DNA from: Scenedesmus sp. PABB004
Taxonomy: Eukaryota
Length of the DNA stretch: 20,000 bases
Assembly: GCA_014905635.1 (NCBI GenBank)
Contig: JABVCE010000009.1
Location: 1,284,823 to 1,304,822 of the forward strand
Direction of reading: 5' to 3'
Shown here: in pieces, positions 10,101 through 19,801 of the stretch
How the letters are laid out: the number at the start of each line of letters is the position of its first letter
Numbering within the stretch: position 1 is the stretch's first letter
Program-made: the position numbers and the translations under genes
The notes under the pieces: generated by a model
Database searches by the model: none
What the model was told of the DNA's origin: nothing
Seen by the model: the letters and a program-made list of their open reading frames with translations, nothing else

Positions 10101-13100
10101 ATGGCGCCCGCGGCCGGCGCTCCGGGCGGCGACAAGCTCTCGCTGTCGTCATGGGGCCTGCCTGCGCCGGTGCTGGCAGCGTTTGCGCGCAAGGGCCTGA
10201 CGTCGCTGTACCCGTGGCAGGCGGCGGCGCTGGAGTGCGGGCAGGGCGGCAACCTGGTGTACTGCGCGCCCACGTCGGGCGGCAAGAGCCTCGTGGGCGA
10301 GGTGCTCATGCTCGCGCGGCTGCAGCGCATGGAGCGCGCCGTCGCCGCGCGCGGGCGCGGGCGCGGGGGCGCGCCGGTGCCGCGCGCGCTGCTTGTGTTG
10401 CCCTACCTGAGCATCGTGGCGGAGAAGACGGGCCACCTCACGGGCCTGGTCGCGGACATGAAGTGGCGCGTGCAGGGCTACCAGGGCGCGAGCGAGGGCC
10501 AGCCGCTCGCCAACAAGGCGCGGCGCGGCGCTGGCGCTGGCGGCCGCGGCGCGCGGGGCTCCGCCGCCTGCCCCGCCTGCGTGCAGCGCGCGGCCCGCGC
10601 ACAGCACGCAGCCGTCGCCCCCCGGCCGACCCGGGGCCGCGCGGCGCCCGGTGCCGCGCCACGCGCGCAGGCTGAGCGCATCGCCATCTGCAGCATCGAG
10701 AAGGCCAACATGGCGGTCAACCACCTCATCACCGAGCAGCGCCTCCACGAGCTCGTCTCGCTCGTGGTGGACGAGGCGCACATGCTGGCAGACCCACACA
10801 GGCGCGTGCGCGTGGCGCGAGCAGGGGCGTTGCTGCCCGCGCACGCCTGCGCGCCTGCGCGCCTGCGCGCCTGCGCGACGCTCGCCGCCGCCGCCGCCGC
10901 CGCGTCAGGGGCGCGTCGCTGGAGATGCTGCTGAGCAAGCTGGTGGCGTGCCGGGGCAGGTGCAGCGTGCAGATCGTGGCCATGAGCGCGACCATGGCCG
11001 GTGCGCGTCGCCTGCAAGCACTTGCAGGACACGCGCGCGCGAGCGGCGCTGGCGCCGGCGGCGCGCGCCCACGGCGCGCCCCGCCCGCCGGCGCGCAGGG
11101 CTGGAGAGCCTGAGCGCGTGGCTGCGCGCCCACCTGTTCCTCACCAACTTCCGGCCCGTGCCGCTCACGGAGCACGCCGTCTTCCAGGGCACCGTCTTTG
11201 CGCGCACGCCGGAACGCACGGGCCGCGGCGCCGACGAGGCCGACGAGGCCGGCGCGGCACCGCTGGTGGAGCAGCGCAAGTGCGCCGCCCCGCTGCAGGC
11301 AGCAGGCTCGCTGCCGCTCCTGCTGCTGGACCCGTCGCTCGTGCCGCTGCTCAACTTGTGCCACCGCCGCCGCCGCCGCGGCAGGCTGCCCGTGCAGGGC
11401 TCCAGCGACAAGGAGAGCCTGCTGGCGCTCGTGGCCGAGGTCGTGCGCGACGGCCACAGCGTGCTGGTCTTCTGCGCGGGGCGTGGCGCCGCGCAGAGCT
11501 GCGCCGGGCTGCTCGCGGACCAGCTGGCCAAGCACGTGGGCCCGCCCAGCGCGCAGCAGGCAGCGGCGCGCGCCGAGCTCGTGACGGCGCTGCGCGTGGC
11601 GCTGGCGGGCGCCAGCAACGCGGAGCTGGAGCGCCTCATTGGTGAGCGGCGCGGCGCGTGCGCAGCCCGGGCTTTGGGGGGCCGGCCTGCCCACAGGCGC
11701 CGCGCCGCCGCCTGGCCCGCCCTGCCCTGCAGGCGCGGGCGTGGCTTACCACCACGCGGGGCTGACTCAGCAGGAGCGGGGGGTCGTGGAGGAGGGCTAC
11801 CGCAGCGGCGCGCTGCTGGCGCTCACGGCCACCTCCACGCTCGCTGCCGGAGTCAACCTGCCCGCGCGCCGCGTCATCCTGCGCAGCCTTTGGCAGGGCG
11901 GGGGCCTGGTCGGGCGCGCGCAGTACCTGCAGATGGTGGGCCGCGCGGGGCGCGCAGGTGAGGCGCAGTATTGGCGCGCTGGGAGGGGGGAGGGGGGCGC
12001 TGCTGCTGGCGGGCCCGAGGCACGATAGCGCCCCCCTCCTCCTGGCGCGACAGGGCAGTCCCCTGTGGGCGAGTCGTTCCTCATGGCCACCGGCACGCCC
12101 GGCTCCACCACCGCCGGGCAGTGGTCGGCGGTGTGCCAGCTGCTGACGGCGCCGATGCCAGGTGGGCGGTGCAGAGCGGGGGGCGCGGCGCGCCGGCCGC
12201 CAGCCCGCTGCCCCTGGCACGTGCTCAGAGCGCCCGCTCGCGCGTGCGCCCCGCCAGCGCTCAAGTCGCAGCTGGTGCAGCCGGAGCACGGCAGCGCTGC
12301 GGGCGTGCCCGTACCGCTGGCTGCCGGCCGCCCCTCCCGCGGCGGCGGCAGCGGCGGCGACCGAGCTGGGTCTGGTGCAGCTACTCAGCAGCCGTCGCAG
12401 CCGCCCGCCTCGCTGACCAACGCCCAGCCCAGCCTGCAGCAGCTGCTGCTTCACGGAGTGGCGACCGGCCTGGTCAGCACGGGCCAGAGCGTGCTGCAGC
12501 TGCTGCAGTGAGCGCGCGGCTGCTGCTGGGTGCGCAGGCGGGGGCGCGGCGGCGCGGCTCCTGGGCGCAGGCGGTCCTTGCTGGCGCCCACAGCGCCTGC
12601 TCAGCGCTGCCCGCGCCCTCACCGTCTCGCAGGAGCACGCTGGCGTGCCACCAGGTGCCCTTTGACGGCCTGGCGGACGCGGCGCGCACCGCGCTGACGG
12701 CGCTGCGCGGCCGGAAGCTGCTCAGCCTCAAGCCGGAGCGCCGCGACGCGCCGAGCCACTGGGAGCTCACCCCCCTTGGCGCGGCGGTGGTGGCCAGCAC
12801 GCTGCCGCCGGACCTGGGGCTGCTGCTGTGGAGCCGGCTGTCTGAGCTCATGTCCTGCCTCGTGCTCGGCAGCAACGCCCACCTGCTCTTCACGCTGCAG
12901 CCCGACCCGGTGCTGGGCGTGATCTACGACTGGCACGCCTGGTGCCGCCTGGCCAAGCAGCTCAGCCCGGCGCACAGGCGCGCGGCGCAGCCAGCGCCGC
13001 AGCCGGGCCATGCTGCCGGCGCTCCCGCCCGCGCTCACGAACGCTCGCTCGCCCCCCGCCAGGCGCGTCGCGGCGGTGGAGGGCGTCGACCTGGCCTACG

Positions 13101-16100
13101 TGGAGCGCCGCATCGGCGGCGCGCGGGGCGACGCCGCCAGCGACGCGCGGCACGCGCGCTTTGCGGGCGCGGTGCTGCTCGACCTGCTGCTGGGCGACGC
13201 CTCGCGCATCACGCAGCTGGAGGAGGCGTGGGGCCAGCCCAACACGCTCACCAAGGCCGGTGAGCAGGGCTGTCGGACGCCGGCTCGGCAGGCCGGCGCC
13301 AGCGCTCCGACGCAGGCCACGCACGAGCCTCGCTGCGGCGCAGCCGGCGCGCCCGCGACCTGCCCTGACCCTGCCCCGCCTGCGCTCTTGCCGCAGGCAT
13401 CACGCGCGGCCAGATGCAGGCGTGGCAGGTCGAGCTCAGCAAGACCGCCGCCATGGCGGGCCTGCTGGCCAGCAGCGCTGGCTGGTGGGCGCTGGAGACG
13501 GTGCTGATGCCCCTCTCCGCGCAGGCGGCTGCGGGCGTGCGGCCGGAGCTGCTGCCGCTCATGGAGGTGCGGCAGGGTTTAGGGGGCGGCGCTTAGAGGG
13601 CGGCGCGGCGGCGCAGCCTGTGGTGGGGGTGGGATGGGTGGGGGTGGGTGGGGTGGGTGCAGGAGGGCTGCGCCGCGCTGGGCCTCCTCCGCCGCCTTGA
13701 TCGCGCCCGCGCCGCGGCAGGTGCCTGGGCTCCTGCCTGCGCACGCCGCCGCGCTGCACGCCGCCGGCTTTGCACGCCCGGAGCTGCTGCTGTGCGCGTC
13801 GGAGAGCGACGTGGCCGCCGCGCTGGCGGCCAAGCTGCCGAGCAACACGCGCAAGCGCAAGGGCGAGGCGGACAAACAGTGCGCCGCGCGCCGACCAGCT
13901 GCTTGACGCGCCAGCGTGTGCTGCGGTGCAGCGCTTCACATCTGCGCCGTCTGTGCACGCAGGGGCGCCAGCTCCAGCTCCAGCGTGGCCGGCCACGGCA
14001 CCAGCGCGCTCGCCGCGCGCGCCGCCAAGTCCATCCTGGCGGCGGCGCGGGAGCACGCTGTGCTGGCGGCAGCATCGCGCGCGGCCGACGCCGAGGGCGG
14101 CAGCCAGCAGGTGCGGCACGGGAGGGCTGGCATCAGGAGCAGGCGCTTGCCGAGGCCTGGCGGCTGCGCCGCCGCGCCTGCGCCCGGCTGACGCGTCACG
14201 GCGCGCCCGCGCCCGCGCGCCCGCGCCTGCAGGCCGCCTCGGCCGTGCCCGTGCTGGTGCGCTCTGTCGCGGGGCAGGCCACCGTGCATGCGGTGTGGCC
14301 GCGCCTGGACGACCCCTTCCTGCAGCAGCTGCTGGCGGCGTGGACGACGCAGCCCAGCTTTGCTTTTGCCGTGATTCACCACCCGCGCTGCGCGGTGGAG
14401 GGCTGTGCGGCGCGAGCCGGCGCTGGCTGCAGCGCCAGCGGCCCGCAGGCAGGCAGCGGCGAGCCCGCGACGCTGGAGCCGGCGCAGCTGGCGCCCGACA
14501 CCTCCGCCAGCGCCGCGGCGGCAGCAGCGCCCGCGGAGGCCGGCTGCAGCGTGCTGCACTGCCAGAGGCCCGCCGCGCTGGCGCTGTGCTGGGCGGACCG
14601 CGAGGCGGCGCTGCTGCACCTGCCCCCGGTCGCCGCTGCAGACGCAGGCAGCGTCCAGGTGTGGGCGACGGTCAGGTCAGTGTTTGCCGACGCGGCGCGC
14701 ACGGCCGTCTGCTGCGCCTCCGCGGCCGCGCTGGCTGCGCTGCGGGCGGCGGGCGTGGAGTGCCGCGCCACCGTGGACGACCCCTGCGCAGCATTTGCCC
14801 TCTGGCAGCCGCGCGGGTGCGAGCAGCTGGCCCTGCAGCAGCAGCTGCAGGGCCAGGCGCAGCACCCGGCGCAGCCGCAGGGCGAGGCATGCCAGGCCTG
14901 CAGGCAGCCGGCAGACGTCATGCGGGCGGCGCAGGCGCTGGTGCTGGGCAGCAGCTACAGGCTGCAGGTGCCGCTGCTGGGCAGCAGTGAGCAGACCAGC
15001 GCGGTGCGTGCGGCGCTGCTGGCCCACGCACTGATGCCGCCGCTGCGTGCGGTCGTGGCGCAGCAGGGGCTGTTCCGCGCGTACGAGGCGGTCGAGCGGC
15101 CCCTGCAGCGCGTGTTTGCCTGCGCCCGCGCCGCGGGCGCGCGCGTGGCGGTGCGCAGCGTGCAGCAGCAGCTGCTGCAGTGCGAGTGGCAGCGCCAGCA
15201 GTTGCAGCAGCACGCTGGGCAGCTGCTCGGCCAGCCCGGCATCGACATCAGCAGCACCGGCCAGGTGCGCCTGCTGCTGGCCAAGCTCGGCCTCGCGGCG
15301 GCCGGTGCCCAGCAGCCGGCGGCTGTGGCGCTGCTGGCGGCCCTGCGCGACGCGCTGCGTCGCGGCCGCCACGACGCGCTGCAGCTGCTGCGCTGCCTGC
15401 ACACCTACTGGCAGATCGCAGCGCACGAGGGAGAGCTACGCGCCCTGCTGCAGGCAGCCGGCGGCGCCAGCGACGGCAGCGCCGCCGGCGCCGCGCAGCT
15501 CATCGCGCTGCAGCCGCTCGCACAGCTGACTGCGCTGAGCGGCGAGGTCGCCAGCGGCCTGCCTGCCGGCCTCGGCGGCGTGCTGTCCTGCGTCGCCGTG
15601 TCAGCCCTGCCGGTGGTCGTGGCGCCAAGCAGCTTCGCGGATGCGCCCTCGGCGCCGCTCCCGGCCTCGGTGCGCGTGGTGGCAGGCCTGCCCGCCTGGC
15701 AAGAGCAGCGCGCGCCGCTGCAGCCGCTGGCACCTGTGCAGCAGCAGCAGCACCTGGCGCAGCAGGGCGAGGCCGCGCTGCAGTGGCGCTGCGTCACGCT
15801 CGGCTCGCTCAAGCGCGCGCCTGCCTTGGAGGCCGGCGAGGAGCAGCCGCTGCCGCTGATGGACGCGCGAAGCGGCGCCGCTGGCAGGGGCGGCGGCGGC
15901 GGCGGCGACGGCGGCGGCGGCGGCGACGGCGACGGCGTCGGGAGCACCCGACACTGGTGCGGCGCCACGGCGTGCGTGCGCGAGGGCCACGCGCGGGCCT
16001 CTCAGCTGCACGCTGCTGCTGCGGCGCCGCCGGCGCCGCCGGCGGCCGGCAGCGCGGCGGCGAGCCTGGCGTTTGTGCCGGGAGCGCTCAGCTTGCTGGC

Positions 16101-17046
16101 GTCGGTCGCACCCTCCAGCGCCGGCCGGAGCTTCATCGGCGTGCGCCTTGAGCAGCTGCCGCTGCTGGTGGTGGCGGCGTTGTCGGGCGATGCCGCGCTG
16201 GCCGACGCGCTGGCCCAGCCCGACCCGCTCGCGGCGGCTGCGGCGCACTGGCTCGCGCACAGCGGGCTTCCGCCCGCGGCGGCGTCGCTCATGCTCTCGC
16301 GCGTGGCGGCGGGCGCGCTGGACAGCGTGCCAGCGCCGCAGCAGGACGTCCCGCGCGCGCTGTTCAGCGCCGCCCTCGACGCGCTGGTGCTGGGGCGCAG
16401 GCCGTCGGCGCAGCGCAGCCTGCTGGCGATCGAGGCGCCCCTCAACCTCACCGACAGTCTGCTCGCCGCGTTCCCCGGCCTCACTGCTTGGCGTGCGGAG
16501 CTGCTGGCGGGGTGCCGCAGCGTGGGGTGAGTCGCGGGCTGCCGCGCATGCTGGCTGGGCGCCGCCCTGCGTGGCAGCCGCAGTGGTCGCGCGTCACCGC
16601 GGCCCCACCGCTGCCGCGCCGCTGCCCGCAGGCACATGCGGTCGTTGTTGGGCCGCAAGCTGCCGTTCAAGCTGCCGACCGCAGCGCCGGGCAGCAGCAG
16701 CAAGGACGCGCGCGCGGTCCGGGAGGCAGAGCGCGCAGCGTGCAGCAAGCTGGTGCTGGCGTGCTGCGGCGACATCGAGCGCGTCGCAGCCGCGGCGCTG
16801 CTCGAGTGCTGCGCGCGCGACGGCGGCCCCGTCGACTGCGTCGCCTGCGGCCAGCGCTGGGTCGCGCTCGAGGTGCCCTCGGCTGCTGCGCTTTGCCTGT
16901 TGCGCAGCGCAGCCGCGTGCGTCGGCCAGCGCCTCGGCGAGCTGCTGGAGCAGGCGCGGAGGCGGGGCGCCCCGGCCAACCTGCCGTTTGTTTGGTGGTG
17001 GGGCAGCAGCTTGGACGTCATGCACGCCAACTTCCTTAACGCATGA
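10101..17046 (+). CDS. POLQ/TEBICHI/HELQ-like SF2 helicase fused to a degenerate family-A polymerase domain, at least 15 exons. Start codon uncertain, an upstream exon is possible
   Basis: Helicase motifs: [66 protein letters not shown], and later RGQMQAWQ and [15 protein letters not shown]. Introns: 10518-10670, 10802-10908, 11001-11098, 11280-11384, 11642-11732, 11958-12053, 12162-12257, 12508-12632, 12978-13062, 13260-13396, 13567-13720, 13879-13962, 14111-14232, 16527-16631, and possibly one more in-frame ending at 16005. The C-terminus follows the Pol A scaffold ([29 protein letters not shown]). Stop is TGA at 17044-17046. Confidence 0.88.
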
Positions 17047-17136
17047 CTTGCGTCGCCGAGTGAGTCGGATCGTGGCATCTGAACACGTGCATGCGCGCGT
17101 CGCTGCAACACGCAACGCCGCATCTCCTGCTTGATC

Positions 17137-17206
17137 GCGCCGCACCAAGCCCAGGCCGCGCGCCGCACCAAGGCCAGGCCGTGCGCCGCCACCAAGCCCA
17201 GGCTGC
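17137..17206 (+). repeat. 23-bp tandem repeat x3 (GCGCCGCACCAAGCCCAGGCCGC-like)
   Basis: Units start at 17137, 17160 and 17183 with 1-2 differences each. The array ends 4 nt before the duplication breakpoint. Confidence 0.85.
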
Positions 17207-17210
17207 GAAA

Positions 17211-18212
17211 CGGGCGCGGTTGGCGGCGTTGCTGGGCGTCGCGGTGGGGGGTGGGTCGGCGAGTTCCTGTGGCGTGGCGGGCGTCCGCGCGAGACTTTGA
17301 CCGCGCGCGTTTGGTCCGGGTCACTCTCACACACATAATGGACGCGCCATCACGCGCGCGCCTGCGTGCCGCCCCGTGGCATGGCCGGGTGCGTCCCCCG
17401 AACGCGGGTCGTGGGCGGCGCGCCGTGTGCACCGCGCCCTGCAACTGCGGCGGCGGCGCGCCGCTCTTGCCCCGCGCACCGGCCGGTCCCAGCACCAGCG
17501 GCGCGCATGCCGCCGCCCCGCCTCGCCGGGGCGGCGTGGGTGCTCACGCGCCGCAGCGGGGGTCAGGGGGTCGCCGCCGCCGGCGTCACCGCGCGGCGCG
17601 CGCGCTGCTCACGCAGCGCGCGCCCGGCTTGCGGGCGCAGCGACGTGGCGCGCCCGGCCGCGGCCGTGTGGGCGTGGCGTGGGCACATTGCGCCGGCGGC
17701 GTGCGGGCGGCGGGCCGGCAATCGGGTGCGGGCCAATGTGACAGGCAGAGGCATACGACCGTGGCCACCGCCTCGCTGCGCGCGTTTTGCGCGGAGCGCG
17801 CGTGCTCCGCCGTCACCCCGCCTCCCATAGAGCCTCGTTCACTGCCCCCCGCGCCGAGCCCGCAGAGGACCAACGCGCTTGGCCGCTATAAACGGGCGTT
17901 TATAGCGCCACGCCCCTGCGCTGCGCGGCACGCCCCATGCGCGCCGCTGGGCACCGTCCGAGCTCCGCCATGCCGGGCGCGATGCATCCGTGCGGCCAGC
18001 CGGGCCAGCGCGGCGCCCAGGGCGCCGTGCCGACGCACTGCGCGGGCGCGCAGCTCGCCCCGGGCAAGCGCGCGGGCTCCACGGACGAGGAGTCGCCGCT
18101 CTACGCGACCGACGAGTTCCGCATGTGCGTGCCGCGATGCGCCGCGCCGTGTCGGCGCGAAGAGGGCGCCGATGAAGGCGCATCGCGATGCGGCGACCAG
18201 CAGCGCTCCTCC
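17211..18212 (+). repeat. Copy B of the ~1 kb direct segmental duplication
   Basis: Near-identical to 6337-7350. The offset is 10874 left of the variable block and 10862 right of it. Confidence 0.97.
17970..18212 (+). pseudogene. Truncated duplicate of the RR-TZF gene (exon 1 17970-18124 plus partial intron 1)
   Basis: Identical to 7108-7350. The sequence stops mid-intron and no zinc-finger exons follow. Confidence 0.9.
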
Positions 18213-18406
18213 CACAGGGACCACGCCCGACCTTCCCGGTTTCCTCCCGGAGTCTTCCCGGCCGGGATCCAGTCGGGAAGAGCCGGGAGCCTTCCCGGTC
18301 GGGATAATTCTGGGAAGGCCCGGGCGCTGACCGGTAAACGCCCCCGGGAAACGCGCCGCGCGAGCCAGGCCTTTCGGGCAGCGCGCGGTCCCGCGGTCTT
18401 CTGTTG

Positions 18407-18411
18407 TTACA
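18407..18411 (-). promoter_or_regulatory. TGTAA polyadenylation signal of the subtelomeric minus-strand gene
   Basis: TTACA on +, about 140 nt past the TAA stop at 18552-18554. Confidence 0.55.
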
Positions 18412-18502
18412 GAGGCAGCGGGAGCGCCTGGCGCGGAAAAGGCCGCGCGCAGCCCACGCGGGCGGGCCCGGGCGGGCCTGCCGCGCGCGCGCGCGGGCGC
18501 CA

Positions 18503-18534
18503 GCGACATGGCAAGCACGCGACATGGCAAGCAC
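18503..18534. repeat. Perfect 16-bp tandem duplication GCGACATGGCAAGCAC x2
   Basis: Direct read of the sequence. It lies in the 3' UTR of the minus-strand gene. Confidence 0.9.
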
Positions 18535-18551
18535 GAATCGCACAGCAGGCA

Positions 18552-19801
18552 TTATGCGTCAGTGCCGTCCACGCCCGCCGCGCCGCGCCGGCGGCGCTTG
18601 GGCGCGCGCGCCGCCGGCGGCGGCGGGCTGCCCGTCTCCTCGCTGCCAGAGCTCCAGCCCTCCTCGTTCTCGTGCTGGTCCAGGACCAGGTCCACGGCGG
18701 CCTTGGCCGCCTGCTTGCCCTTCTGCCTGCCCACGGCCGCCACAACCGAGGCGCGCCGGTCCGCGCGCGCCGCGCGCCCGCCCCGGCGTGCCTGCTGCAT
18801 AGCCGTGTCGCAGCTCCTCTGTATCTCCTGCCTCGCGACCTGCAGGCGCTGCCGCTCCGCACCTGTGCGCGCCAGCGTGCGTGCAGGCTGCGCGTCGACG
18901 TCGCCGCCGCTGCTGCGCTCGCGCGGGGCCGCGGCCGACGCGGCGACGGCGCTCGCGCACGCCTCCATGATCGCCTTGTGGGCCGCTCGCGGCAGGTCCG
19001 CCTTGGTGACCTGCGCCATGACCTGCAGGGTCGGCCGCCGTTGCGTGCGGTGCCGGGGTCGGCCGCAGCGGCGCGCGTGCACCGCGGCGAGCGGGCGTGT
19101 GAGCGTACGTCGCAGCCGTCGCACGCCGCCGCACGCCGCCGCACGCAGCCGTCGTGCCTGGCCGCGTGCCCGCCGGGCGGCCTGCAGCGCTGCCTGACCT
19201 GCGCAGCCCGTCCAGCACTTTGGCGCGGTCGGCGTCGTACTCGATCAGCACCGCGTGCACCACGAGCTCGTAGCAGAGGTCGATGAACGGCATGAAAAAC
19301 GCAGTCAGCCTCGCCCGCTCCTCCATGCTCAGCGTCTGGAAGCTAGGCACGACGGCTGCGTGCGGCGGCGTGCGGCGCGCGCGTGACACGGCTGGCTGGT
19401 AACGGTGTTGGTGTACGTGCAACCGCCGCGGACACGCACCTGCCAGCGTGGCGTCGTTCACGTTCCGCTTGTCGCTCGTGAGGATGTACATGCCGCGGTG
19501 CATCTCGACCTTCCCGATGGTGATGTCGTGCGGCCAGCGCAGCAGCCACTTGCGGGAGAAGCGCCTGCCGGCGAGGTTCCATGCGGCCGCCTCTTCGTCC
19601 CTGCTGCGGGCGGCGGACTAGGCGCCGGCGCCGCCCGGCGCGGGCAGCGTCGCGACGGGCGTCACCGCCGCCTGGCTGGCGGCCGGCGCATCTGCGTAGA
19701 ACGTGATGACCGGCGGCTCGCCCGCGGCGGGCGCCTCCACCAGGCGGCGGCTCATCATGGCGGCGACCGTTTCAAGCGAGACGCTGCACAGGTCGGCCGG
19801 G
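18552..19801 (-). pseudogene. Unknown spliced gene, damaged and cut by the telomere. Coding segments ~19801-19440, 19355-19199, 19022-18552
   Basis: Coding-like frames (WNLAGRRFSRKWLLRWPHDITIGKVEMHRGMYILTSD; FFMPFIDLCYELVVHAVLIEYD; C-terminal acidic patch plus PKRRRR NLS-like motif). GT-AG intron at 19439-19356. In-frame TAG at 19620-19618. The best donor (19198) and acceptor (19023) of the next intron are out of phase. Confidence 0.6.
19127..19377. repeat. Perfect 33-bp inverted repeat (arms 19127-19159 and 19345-19377)
   Basis: CGCCGCACGCCGCCGCACGCAGCCGTCGTGCCT and its exact reverse complement, with a further ~15 bp of imperfect outward extension. Confidence 0.9.

Larger units (their letters stand above)
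18213..19801 (-). mobile_element. Putative truncated DNA transposon: one terminus (CACAGGGACC...) with subterminal repeats, other end missing
   Basis: Sharp junction inside the duplicated intron. It starts with CAC and carries about 10 copies of TCCCGG/YCGGGA-like motifs in both orientations within 18228-18350. No transposase motif is recognised, and a second TIR or TSD cannot be tested. Confidence 0.5.

Noticed and set aside
17137..17206. Short repeat arrays (also 218-277, 6588-6635) as CRISPR-like arrays
   Set aside because: Units are contiguous with no unique spacers, there are no cas genes, and the context is eukaryotic.
18213..18219. CACAGGG resembling the RAG/Transib heptamer CACAGTG
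   Set aside because: One mismatch in 7 nt, no A-rich nonamer at 12/23 spacing and no RAG1-like ORF. Kept only as a generic CAC terminus.
18213..18260. Helitron 3' end or retroelement tail
   Set aside because: The minus-strand end reads CTGTG rather than CTRR, the insertion is not at an A/T site, and there is no poly(A) or simple-repeat tail and no RT motifs.
19618..19620. TAG reassignment (alternative genetic code)
   Set aside because: It is a single instance in a damaged subtelomeric gene, and no in-frame TAG occurs in the conserved genes of the window.
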